Program-made: the position numbers and the translations under genes
Notes under the pieces: model-generated
The model's input: the letters and a program-made list of their open reading frames with translations, nothing else
Databases searched by the model: none
What the model was told of the DNA's origin: nothing
DNA from: a virus
Strand: one strand, 5' to 3'
IMG/VR virus record: IMGVR_UViG_3300020474_000004
Coordinates: 16,921 to 80,920 of that record
DNA: 64,000 nt
Part shown: positions 49,988-58,895 of the stretch, in pieces
Numbering within the stretch: the first letter of the stretch is position 1
How the letters are laid out: every line of letters begins with the position of its first letter

Positions 49988-51397
49988 ATGTTCCATTCCG
50001 AACAGTTGCAGGAAAAGTGGGCACCTCTCCTCAACCATGAGGGTCTTGATAAAATCGAGAACTCCCATAAGAGAGCAGTAACCGCAGTCCTGCTGGAAAA
50101 CCAAGAAAAATTCCTCCGTGAGCAAAGTGCCTTCGAAAGCGGCACCACAATGCTTACTGAGCAACCTAACATGAACACCCAAACCGGCTCTGCTGCTGGT
50201 TTCTCTGGTGGTGCAACCGCATCAGGTCCTGTTGCCGGTTTCGATCCAGTTCTGATTTCCCTGATCAGACGCTCTATGCCTAACTTGGTCGCATATGACC
50301 TCGCAGGTGTTCAGCCAATGTCTGGTCCTACTGGACTCATCTTTGCGATGCGTTCACGTCGTGACAGTCAGTCTGGCACTGAAACCTTCTTCGATGAAGT
50401 AGATACCGCATTCTCCGGTCAGGACAAAGGTCTTGACCTCACCAACGGCATGACCAATGCTGCAGTTGGTATGGGTACTACCGGACACAACCCTGGCACT
50501 AACCCTGGTGCTCTGAATCCTTCCTCCAACGCCACACAGAAAGCATATTCTGTTGGTCAGGGTATGCGTACAGACGACGCAGAAGCACTTGACGGTACTG
50601 GAAGCAATGCTTTCAACCAGATGGCATTCTCGATCGAGAAAGTCACCGTTACTGCGAAGTCTAGAGCACTGAAGGCTGAGTACTCCTTAGAACTCGCACA
50701 AGACCTTAAGGCAATCCACGGTCTGAACGCTGAAGCGGAACTCGCAAACATTCTCTCCACTGAGATTCTTGCTGAGATCAACCGCGAAGTCATCAGAACC
50801 ATCTACAAGACTGCTGAGTCTGGTGCTCAAGTCAACACCGCAACCGCTGGTGAGTTCGACCTCGATGTCGATTCCAACGGACGCTGGAGTGTTGAGAAGT
50901 TCAAGGGTCTTCTGTTCCAAATCGAGCGTGATGCTAACGCAATCGCACAAAGAACTCGTAGAGGAAAGGGCAACATCATCATGTGTTCCGCAGACGTTGC
51001 TTCTGCACTGACCATGGCTGGTGTTCTCGATTACACCCCTGCACTCAACGCTAACCTTAACGTTGATGACACCGGTAACACCTTCGCTGGTGTTCTCCAA
51101 GGTAAGTATCGTGTATACATCGATCCTTATGCTGCAAACAGTGCTGCTAACCAGTACTACGTTGTTGGTTATAAGGGAACTTCTCCTTATGACGCTGGTC
51201 TGTTCTACTGCCCATATGTACCCCTCCAGATGGTACGTGCTGTCGGCGAGAACTCCTTCCAGCCCAAAATCGGATTTAAGACCCGCTACGGCATGGTTGC
51301 TAATCCATTCGCTGAGGGTCTTACCCAAGGCAGCGGCGCTCTCACAGTTAACGGAAACCGTTACTACAGAAGAGTCACTGTTAAGAACCTTATGTGA
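49988..51397 (+). CDS. gp23: Major capsid protein
   Basis: KWAPLL, DPVLISLIRRSMPNL, GVQPMSGPTGLIFAMR, KSRALKAEYSLELAQDLKAIHGL, FQPKIGFKTRYG. Confidence 0.99.
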   Translation: MFHSEQLQEKWAPLLNHEGLDKIENSHKRAVTAVLLENQEKFLREQSAFESGTTMLTEQPNMNTQTGSAAGFSGGATASGPVAGFDPVLISLIRRSMPNLVAYDLAGVQPMSGPTGLIFAMRSRRDSQSGTETFFDEVDTAFSGQDKGLDLTNGMTNAAVGMGTTGHNPGTNPGALNPSSNATQKAYSVGQGMRTDDAEALDGTGSNAFNQMAFSIEKVTVTAKSRALKAEYSLELAQDLKAIHGLNAEAELANILSTEILAEINREVIRTIYKTAESGAQVNTATAGEFDLDVDSNGRWSVEKFKGLLFQIERDANAIAQRTRRGKGNIIMCSADVASALTMAGVLDYTPALNANLNVDDTGNTFAGVLQGKYRVYIDPYAANSAANQYYVVGYKGTSPYDAGLFYCPYVPLQMVRAVGENSFQPKIGFKTRYGMVANPFAEGLTQGSGALTVNGNRYYRRVTVKNLM

Positions 51398-51420
51398 TCC
51401 ATCGGATACACAAAGTTACA

Positions 51421-51446
51421 AGACCTCCTTCGGGGGGTCTTTTTTT
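51421..51446 (+). terminator. Rho-independent terminator after gp23
   Basis: AGACCTCC-TTCG-GGGGGTCT stem with cUUCGg tetraloop, followed by a T run. Confidence 0.92.
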
Positions 51447-51453
51447 ATGCCTG

Positions 51454-51460
51454 ATAAATA
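51454..51460 (+). promoter_or_regulatory. Late promoter (ATAAATA)
   Basis: Late consensus just after the terminator. Confidence 0.7.
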
Positions 51461-51482
51461 GTCAATATTGTCCTTTAAAAAA

Positions 51483-51671
51483 ATGGCGTATCACATTAAA
51501 AAACCCTCTGCACTAATTACAGAAATTACAGTTTATTATAAAGGAGATAGTCGTTGGACTGATAAGTTCGATGATAGAAAAACTTATGATGCTGATCCCT
51601 CTGCACTCCTCGTTAATGATGATGGAACTAATGGTGGATGGACTGGAGCAATTATTGTTGATGAAGGTTGA
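51483..51671 (+). CDS. Small hypothetical (probably virion) protein
   Basis: MAYHIKKPS...YYKGDSRWT...GGWTGAIIVDE; ATG 51483 preferred; own late promoter. Confidence 0.7.
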   Translation: MAYHIKKPSALITEITVYYKGDSRWTDKFDDRKTYDADPSALLVNDDGTNGGWTGAIIVDEG

Positions 51672-52252
51672 TAACAGTGGCTATTAGAAGAGAACCTGTA
51701 AAAAGAACAACAAGTCAAATTGAAAATAGAAATTATTTAAATCCTACTGGATTTAGATTTACTCTTCGCAGGTCTCCTCAAGCTGCATTCTTTTGTAATC
51801 AGGTTAATATCCCAAATATGACTTTGGGTGTGACTGTTCAACCAAACTATTTGAGACCTATTCCTGTTCCAGGAGATACAATAGAATTTGGTGATCTTCA
51901 ACTCAGATTCATGATTGATGAAGATCTTGGAAATTATATGGAGATCCAAAAGTGGATTCGTGGATTAGGATATCCAGAGAGTTTAGATCAATTTGAAAAT
52001 TTAGAAAGCGAGGCAGAAGTTTTCGGAAGATATATTAATGATGGTGACAATATCTACTCTGACGGAACTTTAAATATTCTTTCAAGTAATCTTGTTCCCA
52101 CACATCAAATCTTCTTCAAGGATTTATTTCCATATGATTTATCGACTTTGACCTTTGATGCTACCCAGACTGATCAAGAGTACTTTACAGCAGACGTGTC
52201 CTTCAAGTATACTATATACACGATATGTGATATGCAAGGAACTCCTTTATGA
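51668..52252 (+). CDS. gp3: Tail completion / tail tube terminator protein (start may be GTG 51677)
   Basis: NRNYLNPTGFRF, PGDTIEFGDLQLRFMIDEDLGNY, FKDLFP..LS.L.FDA, YFTADVSFKY. Confidence 0.9.
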   Translation: MITVAIRREPVKRTTSQIENRNYLNPTGFRFTLRRSPQAAFFCNQVNIPNMTLGVTVQPNYLRPIPVPGDTIEFGDLQLRFMIDEDLGNYMEIQKWIRGLGYPESLDQFENLESEAEVFGRYINDGDNIYSDGTLNILSSNLVPTHQIFFKDLFPYDLSTLTFDATQTDQEYFTADVSFKYTIYTICDMQGTPL

Positions 52253-52683
52253 TCGATCTTGATAAACTTCAAGAAATGTGGGAAAAAGATTCCAAGATTG
52301 ATATGGACAATCTACATACAGAATCTACAAATATTCCTACTCTTCATGCGAAGTACTTTGAGTTATATAATACCATATTTCTAATGAGAAAGAAAGCGGA
52401 GCAGCAAAGAAAAAATATCCGTCATGAAAGATATGAATATTTTAGTGGTAAGGCAGACCCAGAGGTTTATATAGAAAAACCTTTTCCAAAAAAGATTCGT
52501 GATAAAGATACAATGCAAAAGTATCTTGATGCAGATGAGAAACTTTCTTCTGTCTGTTTAAAAATTGATTACTATGATACAATGCTCACATACATTGAGA
52601 GTATACTTAAGCAAGTAACCAACAGAACGTATCAAATCAAAAATGCGATTGAGTTCATGAGATTCAATGCGGGGTTAGGGTGA
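52249..52683 (+). CDS. uvsY: Recombination mediator protein
   Basis: WEKDSKID, IPTLHAKY, YFSGKA, NRTYQIKNAIEF. Confidence 0.92.
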   Translation: MIDLDKLQEMWEKDSKIDMDNLHTESTNIPTLHAKYFELYNTIFLMRKKAEQQRKNIRHERYEYFSGKADPEVYIEKPFPKKIRDKDTMQKYLDADEKLSSVCLKIDYYDTMLTYIESILKQVTNRTYQIKNAIEFMRFNAGLG

Positions 52684-52877
52684 TGTATGACACAGATGAC
52701 GATGGTGAGTATTGGTCAATAGAATTAAACATTCAAGCAGTTCGTTTAATTCATAAAGGATTATCACAGGCTGTAGATAAGTGGTCTGGTGGTGCTCCTC
52801 AAGAGCAAGAAGATTTAATTTCTATGAGAGATAATTTTTATAAAATGATTTTAGAATATCAGTTCAATAATATGTGA
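52680..52877 (+). CDS. Hypothetical protein
   Basis: 65 aa ORF filling the uvsY-uvsW gap with overlapping stop/start; W.GG..QEQE.L motif. Confidence 0.7.
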   Translation: MMYDTDDDGEYWSIELNIQAVRLIHKGLSQAVDKWSGGAPQEQEDLISMRDNFYKMILEYQFNNM

Positions 52878-52883
52878 TAAATA
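52877..52883 (+). promoter_or_regulatory. Late promoter (ATAAATA) for uvsW
   Basis: Late consensus 21 nt before GTG. Confidence 0.6.
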
Positions 52884-52904
52884 TTCATAGATGAATGGAT
52901 CTAT

Positions 52905-54380
52905 GTGATTGATACAACAGCAAATCTTGTTATATCAAAATCAAACGAAGTATTTTTAAAAATCAATACTGAACCACATATTGAATATGAACTTAGAGAT
53001 CACTTTAAGTTCGAAGTTCCTAATGCAAAGTTTATGCCACAGTATCGTGGTAGAAACTGGAACGGAGAGATTCATCTATATGATATGAGGTCAAAACAGA
53101 TCTATGTTGGTCTGTTAGATAAGATTGTATCATTTTGTGAGAACTACGGTTACACTTACAAGTTCGAAGATAATAAGTTCTATGGTGCTCCATATGAGGA
53201 GAATCAACACATCTCTATGGAGGGTGTTAAAGATTACATGAACTCTATTTGTTCTCACTCTCCACGGAAATATCAAATTGAGGGAGTATACGGAGCTTTA
53301 AAGCACAATAGAAAGCTATTGATAAGCCCCACTGCTTCTGGCAAATCATTGATGATTTATTCTCTCGTAAGATATTACGTTGACCAAGGAGAAAAAATTC
53401 TTTTAGTTGTTCCCACGACATCTCTTGTAGAGCAGATGTACAAGGATTTTCTGGATTATGGTTGGAATGCTGACTCATATTGCCATCGTATCTATTCAGG
53501 AAAAGAAAAAAGTAATGATGCCCCAGTTACTATTACGACCTGGCAATCTGTATACAAACTTGATAGATCTTTCTTCGAAGACTATGGTTGTATTATAGGC
53601 GATGAAGCACATTTATTCAAGTCTAAGTCTTTGATACAAATCATGACTAAACTTCATCATGCAAAGTATAGATTTGGTTTCACGGGTACATTAGACGGCA
53701 CACAGACCCATAAGTGGGTATTAGAGGGGTTGTTTGGTCCATCATATAAAGTTACTCGAACTGATGAATTGATGAGGCAGGGACATTTATCTCAGTTAGA
53801 TATTCAGTGTCTGATACTCAAACACCATCCAAAAACATTTGAAACATATAATGATGAGATTGAGTATTTGATATCACATGAGCAAAGAAACAACTTTATA
53901 AAAAATCTAGCACTTGATCTTAAAGGGAATACACTTGTGCTTTTCCAAAGAGTCGAGAGCCATGGCGCTATACTCTATGAAAAGATAAATAAGAACAAGA
54001 GTGAAGACCACAAAGTATTTTTTGTACATGGTGGGGTGAATGCTGAAGAACGAGAATTGGTAAGGGAAATAACTGAGCGAGAAAACAATGCAGTTATCGT
54101 CGCATCTTATGGAACTTTTTCTACAGGTATCAATATTAAAAACCTCCATAATGTTATCTTTGCCTCTCCAAGTAAATCCAGAATCCGCAATCTTCAGAGT
54201 ATTGGACGAGTTCTTAGAAAAGGAAAAGGAAAGGTGAAGGCAACATTATATGATATCTCAGATGATTGTTCCACCAAGTCAAGACGAAACTACACATTAA
54301 ACCATTTTATAGAAAGAATCAAAATCTATAACGAAGAAAAGTTTAATTATGACATAATCACTATTCAATTAAAGGTATGA
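52905..54380 (+). CDS. uvsW: SF2 DNA helicase
   Basis: SPTASGKS, GDEAH, GFTGT, STGINI, QSIGRVLR. Confidence 0.97.
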   Translation: MIDTTANLVISKSNEVFLKINTEPHIEYELRDHFKFEVPNAKFMPQYRGRNWNGEIHLYDMRSKQIYVGLLDKIVSFCENYGYTYKFEDNKFYGAPYEENQHISMEGVKDYMNSICSHSPRKYQIEGVYGALKHNRKLLISPTASGKSLMIYSLVRYYVDQGEKILLVVPTTSLVEQMYKDFLDYGWNADSYCHRIYSGKEKSNDAPVTITTWQSVYKLDRSFFEDYGCIIGDEAHLFKSKSLIQIMTKLHHAKYRFGFTGTLDGTQTHKWVLEGLFGPSYKVTRTDELMRQGHLSQLDIQCLILKHHPKTFETYNDEIEYLISHEQRNNFIKNLALDLKGNTLVLFQRVESHGAILYEKINKNKSEDHKVFFVHGGVNAEERELVREITERENNAVIVASYGTFSTGINIKNLHNVIFASPSKSRIRNLQSIGRVLRKGKGKVKATLYDISDDCSTKSRRNYTLNHFIERIKIYNEEKFNYDIITIQLKV

Positions 54381-54781
54381 TGGAAGACGACTTTTATGCA
54401 ACAATTAAGTTAAGATCAGGTGAGGAAATATTTTCAAAGGTTGCTGCCTCTGAAGAAGAAGATAGGACAATGTTAATATTATCCAATCCAATCACTATTA
54501 ATGAAATTAAATCCAGAGGTGGCACGGTAGGGTATAAATTAGAACCATGGTTAAAAACAACTAGTGATGATATGTTTATTATCAGACTAGAAGATGTTCT
54601 AACAATGTCCGAATCAGATGATATAGAAATGATTATGATGTATCAAGATTATATCCGTAGAGCAGATAAAAATAAAAATAATGAATCTGACTTAAGTCGC
54701 GATATGGGATATCTAGGGACAGTTAATGATACTAAAGAACTTTTAGAGAAGATATTTAAGAAAAGCTCTGAAGAGCTATAG
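54377..54781 (+). CDS. Conserved hypothetical protein (possibly Sm-like fold)
   Basis: FYATIKLRSGEEIF...PWLKTT...MGYLG.V...K..LEKIF; between uvsW and gp55. Confidence 0.8.
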   Translation: MMEDDFYATIKLRSGEEIFSKVAASEEEDRTMLILSNPITINEIKSRGGTVGYKLEPWLKTTSDDMFIIRLEDVLTMSESDDIEMIMMYQDYIRRADKNKNNESDLSRDMGYLGTVNDTKELLEKIFKKSSEEL

Positions 54782-54829
54782 TTTATCTAATCAACCCTGA
54801 CAGAGTTAGTCTATATGACTTTTGATACC

Positions 54830-54858
54830 TTGTCAAGCATTTAAGTTAATGGTATAAT
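54830..54858 (+). promoter_or_regulatory. Host sigma70-type promoter for gp55
   Basis: TTGTCA-N17-TATAAT with TG extension. Confidence 0.8.
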
Positions 54859-54882
54859 CTATACATATTATGAGATAAACTT

Positions 54883-55377
54883 ATGATACAACCAGGCATG
54901 ACAAGAAGAAAAAGATCGGAACATTATGTAAATAATAAAGAGTTCCTTGCAGCATTAATTAAGTATCGTGAAGATAAAGAGATTGCACTAGCTAAGGGTC
55001 TTCCAAAACCAGTTATCCCTCGCTACATTGGTGATTGTTTTTTAAAGATCGCAAATCATTTATCATTCAAACCAAACTTTGTGAACTATATGTTCAAAGA
55101 GGATATGATCTCTGATGGCATTGAGAACTGCGTTCAGTACATACATAATTTTAACCCAGAGAAATCCCAGAATCCCTTTGCGTATTTCACTCAGATTATT
55201 CATTATGCTTTTCTGCGCCGTATTCAGCGAGAGAAAAGACAGTTAGATATTAAGAATAAAATTATTGAGAAGTCAGGGTATAGTGAAGTCTTCGACGACA
55301 ACAATACACTTGACGGATCGAACTACAGCGACTATAATCAGATCAAGGATAATGTCCACTCTAAACTCCGTGGTTGA
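54883..55377 (+). CDS. gp55: Late transcription sigma factor
   Basis: HYVNNKEFL, IANHLSFKPNFVNY, DMISDGIENC, NPFAYFTQI..YAFLRRI. Confidence 0.97.
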   Translation: MIQPGMTRRKRSEHYVNNKEFLAALIKYREDKEIALAKGLPKPVIPRYIGDCFLKIANHLSFKPNFVNYMFKEDMISDGIENCVQYIHNFNPEKSQNPFAYFTQIIHYAFLRRIQREKRQLDIKNKIIEKSGYSEVFDDNNTLDGSNYSDYNQIKDNVHSKLRG

Positions 55378-56417
55378 TGAAGGTTGCAATCATTACAGAC
55401 CAACACTTTGGTGCTCGTAAGAACTCTAAGTTGTTTCATGATTATTTTCTAAAATTTTATAATGACATCTTCTTTCCATATCTGAAGGAGAATGGCATTA
55501 CTACAATCGTAGATATGGGAGATACTTTTGACAGTCGTAAAGGTATTGACTTTTCTTCGCTTGCCTGGGCAAAGAACAACTATTATGACCGTCTAAAGGA
55601 TATGGGGATACATATCCATACGATTGTAGGTAATCATACAGCATACTATAAAAATACAAATGAAGTGAATGCTGTAGATCTTCTTCTTCGAGAGTATGAG
55701 AATGTAACTGTATATTCGGAAGCAACAGAGGTTAAGTTGGGAAAACTTAAGACTTTGTTTATTCCTTGGATTAATCAAGAAAATGAAGAAAAGACTCTTA
55801 AATTTATTAAAAGTTCAACTTGCAAGTGTGCGATGGGGCACCTTGAGCTCAATGGATTTAGAGCTCATCGAGGCTGCGTCATGGACCATGGTCATGAGAG
55901 CGAATTATATAACAAGTACAAGCGGGTATTTTCGGGTCATTACCATACAAGATCTGATAATGGGAAAATCTTTTATCTAGGAAATCCTTATGAATTATTC
56001 TGGAATGATGTAGAGGATTCAAGAGGATTTACGATTTTTGACACAGAAACTTTAGAACACTTTCATGTGGACAATCCATATAGAATGTTCTACAATATTT
56101 ACTATAATGATACTCCACATCAACTCTTTGATGCGAGTGAGTATGGTAATAAAATTGTTAAAGTGATTGTTCGTGAGAAAACAAGCACTAAAGACTTTGA
56201 GAAGTTTATTGATAAACTTTATGAGGTTGGAGTTGCTGATCTCAAGATTGTAGAAAACTTTGCACTTCAAGAGGCAGAAGATTTTGAAGTCTCTGAATCA
56301 GAAGATACGATGTCCATACTAGATAGATATATTCAGGATGCTGATATTAATCTGGATAAATCAAAGATTCAGAACATTATGAGAAGCACTTACCAAGAAG
56401 CGTGTGAGATGATATAA
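55374..56417 (+). CDS. gp47: Recombination endonuclease subunit (Mre11/SbcD-like)
   Basis: ITDQHFG, MGDTFD, VGNH, GHLE, SGHYH, YLGNPY. Confidence 0.95.
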   Translation: MMKVAIITDQHFGARKNSKLFHDYFLKFYNDIFFPYLKENGITTIVDMGDTFDSRKGIDFSSLAWAKNNYYDRLKDMGIHIHTIVGNHTAYYKNTNEVNAVDLLLREYENVTVYSEATEVKLGKLKTLFIPWINQENEEKTLKFIKSSTCKCAMGHLELNGFRAHRGCVMDHGHESELYNKYKRVFSGHYHTRSDNGKIFYLGNPYELFWNDVEDSRGFTIFDTETLEHFHVDNPYRMFYNIYYNDTPHQLFDASEYGNKIVKVIVREKTSTKDFEKFIDKLYEVGVADLKIVENFALQEAEDFEVSESEDTMSILDRYIQDADINLDKSKIQNIMRSTYQEACEMI

Positions 56418-56689
56418 TGTATATACTAACAATCTACGGTAAAGAAAAGGAGGGTGCTTATTCAGTAGAAGCAGATGATGGAGAACAGATTCTCTACCTA
56501 TTTGAAGCAGAAGACGATGCATCTAGATTTGCTATGATGCTTGAAGAAGATGGTAGTCCAGATATGCATGTAATTGAAGTTGAAGATGAAGTGATGATAA
56601 AGACCTGTGAGATGCATGATTACAGGTATACAGTTATCACACCCAATGATGTTGTAATTCCTCCTACCCACAAGCATGATTTTATTTGA
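56417..56689 (+). CDS. DUF3110-like protein
   Basis: EGAYS......LYLFEAEDDASRFAMMLE...C....Y.......VIPP matches the cyanobacterial DUF3110 pattern as recalled. Confidence 0.7.
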   Translation: MYILTIYGKEKEGAYSVEADDGEQILYLFEAEDDASRFAMMLEEDGSPDMHVIEVEDEVMIKTCEMHDYRYTVITPNDVVIPPTHKHDFI

Positions 56690-58388
56690 AAATATTCGAT
56701 GGAAGAATTTTCTGAGCACGGGAAATCATTTCAGTGAGATTGACTTTTTAGCATACTCTACCAATTTGATTATTGGATCTAACGGTTCTGGTAAATCAAC
56801 TGTTCTTGATGCTCTGACGTTTTCGTTATTTGGAAAAGCATTTCGTAAGATCAACAAACCACAACTCATTAACTCTATCAATGAAAAGGATTGTGTTGTA
56901 GAGGTTGAGTTTAGTATTAGTGGAACTAAGTGGAAAATACAACGTGGTATTAAGCCAAACATCTTTAAGATTTGGAGAGATGATGACCTTCTAGATCAGT
57001 CTGCTGCTGTGTCCGACCAACAGAAATGGTTGGAGCAGAATGTTTTAAAGATGAACTATAAGTCATTCACACAGATTGTTGTTCTTGGCAGCAGCACATT
57101 TGTTCCCTTTATGCAGTTGACTAACTCTGCCCGTAGAGAAGTGATTGAAGACCTTCTTGATATTCGTATCTTCTCTAGTATGAATACTGTTATTAAGGAA
57201 AAGATTCGTTTACTGCGAGAGGATATTAAAGTTCTTGACTTGAAGAAAGAGTCGCTGAATGATAAAGTTCGTATGCAGCAAAACTTTATTGAAGAGTTGG
57301 ATGCAAGAGGAAAGCAGAATATTACGGATAAAGAAACAAAGATCAGTCAACTTCTTGTAGAAGAAAATGACTGGATGGGAGTTAATGAAGAGAAGAATGG
57401 AGAACTTCTAAGTCTTCAAAAGAAGATAGAACGGTATGATGGTGCAACTGCAAAACTGCGTCAATATGGTAACCTAAAAGGCAAAATCTCTCAGAAAGTA
57501 TCAAGCATTACTAAGGAACATAAATTTTTTAGCGATCATACGGTCTGCCCTACATGCAATCAAGACATAGAAGAGACCTTCAGAATAAATAGGATTAGTG
57601 ACGCTCAAAATAAAGCAAAGGAGTTGCAATCCGGGTATAAAGAACTGGAGGAGGCAATTAAAAAGGAGGAAGAGCGAGAGCGTCAATTCACTGCCCTATC
57701 GAAGGAGATTACAACACTAACGCATGGCATTTCTCAAAACAATGTTAAGATCGCTGGATGTCAGAGACAAATCAGGGATCTGGAATCGGAAATTCAAAGA
57801 ATTACCGACCAACTTGCAAACCGAAATACTGAGCATGAAAAGCTAGAAACCTTCAAGGACAACTTAAAAACTACATACGACGAACTCGCACAACGTAAGG
57901 ACACGATTAACTATTACGATTTTTCGTATAGTCTTCTTAAAGACGGTGGAGTCAAAGCAAAAATCATCAAGAAGTATCTACCACTGATAAATCAGCAAGT
58001 CAATAAGTATCTTCAACTTATGGACTTCTATATTAATTTCTCTCTAGATGAAGAGTTTAATGAAACCGTCCAGTCCCCTATTCACGAAGATTTTTCTTAC
58101 TCTTCTTTCAGCGAGGGAGAGAAGATGAGAATCGATCTGGCACTCTTGTTTACCTGGAGAGAGGTAGCAAGGATGAAGAACTCTGTTAACACAAATCTAT
58201 TGATTATGGATGAAGTGTTTGATAGTTCTTTGGATGGAGTCGGCACAGAAGATTTCCTTAAGATTATTAGATTTATCATTAAAGATGCTAATATCTTTGT
58301 AATATCGCATAAGGAATCATTACATGACAAATTTGAAAATGTCACAAGGTTTGATAAAGTAAAAGGATTTTCGCGTATAGTACAATGA
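56676..58388 (+). CDS. gp46: Recombination ATPase subunit (Rad50/SbcC-like)
   Basis: WKNFLSTGN, GSNGSGKS, zinc hook CPTC, signature FSEGEK, LLIMDEVFDSSLD, VISH. Confidence 0.96.
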   Translation: MILFENIRWKNFLSTGNHFSEIDFLAYSTNLIIGSNGSGKSTVLDALTFSLFGKAFRKINKPQLINSINEKDCVVEVEFSISGTKWKIQRGIKPNIFKIWRDDDLLDQSAAVSDQQKWLEQNVLKMNYKSFTQIVVLGSSTFVPFMQLTNSARREVIEDLLDIRIFSSMNTVIKEKIRLLREDIKVLDLKKESLNDKVRMQQNFIEELDARGKQNITDKETKISQLLVEENDWMGVNEEKNGELLSLQKKIERYDGATAKLRQYGNLKGKISQKVSSITKEHKFFSDHTVCPTCNQDIEETFRINRISDAQNKAKELQSGYKELEEAIKKEEERERQFTALSKEITTLTHGISQNNVKIAGCQRQIRDLESEIQRITDQLANRNTEHEKLETFKDNLKTTYDELAQRKDTINYYDFSYSLLKDGGVKAKIIKKYLPLINQQVNKYLQLMDFYINFSLDEEFNETVQSPIHEDFSYSSFSEGEKMRIDLALLFTWREVARMKNSVNTNLLIMDEVFDSSLDGVGTEDFLKIIRFIIKDANIFVISHKESLHDKFENVTRFDKVKGFSRIVQ

Positions 58389-58561
58389 CAAAATTCGTTC
58401 GCAGACCAGTAGATCTTAGTCAAGACTTCAAAAAATCTGGAATGACTCTCATTACCGACCCTGCATCTGACAGGTATCTCAATGAATACTCCAAATTGGC
58501 AACATCACTCAAAGAAAGAACAAAAGCAGAAACTGAAACCTCAAGCACTACGTCAACGTAA
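58385..58561 (+). CDS. Small hypothetical ORF (58 aa, not in ORF track)
   Basis: ATGA overlap with gp46 stop; MTKFVRRPVDLSQDFKKSGMTLITDPASDRYL... Confidence 0.5.
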   Translation: MTKFVRRPVDLSQDFKKSGMTLITDPASDRYLNEYSKLATSLKERTKAETETSSTTST

Positions 58562-58619
58562 AGAAGCGTTGAGATACCTGAAGTTAAAGTTAAATGTAAC
58601 AAGAACTACATTAAGTTAG
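58482..58619 (+). CDS. Small basic hypothetical protein (45 aa, not in ORF track)
   Basis: MNTPNWQHHSKKEQKQKLKPQALRQRKEALRYLK...; recalled as a cyanophage ORF typically found after gp46; AGG upstream. Confidence 0.65.
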   Translation: MNTPNWQHHSKKEQKQKLKPQALRQRKEALRYLKLKLNVTRTTLS

Positions 58620-58638
58620 CATACGCTGACTATATAAT
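58593..58638 (+). promoter_or_regulatory. Putative NtcA-activated promoter
   Basis: AAT-GTA-ACAAGAAC-TAC-ATT (GTA-N8-TAC at 58596-58609) followed after 23 nt by TATAAT (58633-58638). Confidence 0.65.
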
Positions 58639-58703
58639 ATAGAATTGGAGAACGGAATGAACTAGACCTCATTTGTTATTTGAACATTGTAATCGGAGGT
58701 ATT

Positions 58704-58886
58704 ATGCACAATCTCATTTCACATAATCAATTAGCGGGTTGGAAACAAAGCGTTGATCGTTTGACCAAGACATTAGATAGAGCGATGGATGAATCTGATC
58801 TATTAAACGACTATTATGACTGCTTAATTGAGTGTGATGATGATCAGTCCACATGCAAACGTATTTGTAGGAGCATTCTTTCATAA
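58704..58886 (+). CDS. Small Cys-rich protein (CxxxC-x6-CxxxC)
   Basis: SD GGAGG at 58695-58699; MHNLISHNQLAGWK...DYYDCLIECDDDQSTCKRICR. Confidence 0.8.
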   Translation: MHNLISHNQLAGWKQSVDRLTKTLDRAMDESDLLNDYYDCLIECDDDQSTCKRICRSILS

Positions 58887-58895
58887 CCAACTATA

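Noticed and set aside
50687-51328. 213-aa antisense ORF over gp23, and similar minus-strand ORFs at 25637-26284, 35155-35709, 48809-49321, 61915-62400
   Set aside because: Shadow frames expected from biased codon usage of the sense genes; no recognisable motifs, promoters or SD
40972-51397. Inteins or introns in gp17, gp20 or gp23
   Set aside because: Lengths are normal and conserved motifs are contiguous
54798-54835. TGACA...TGTCA inverted repeat before gp55 as a third copy of the early palindrome
   Set aside because: Spacing (28 nt) does not match the N10 motif, and the right half is explained by the -35 box
58640-58703. Glutamine-type riboswitch in the leader of the Cys-rich ORF
   Set aside because: Only a partial ACGGAA resemblance; the expected flanking P1 pairing was not found
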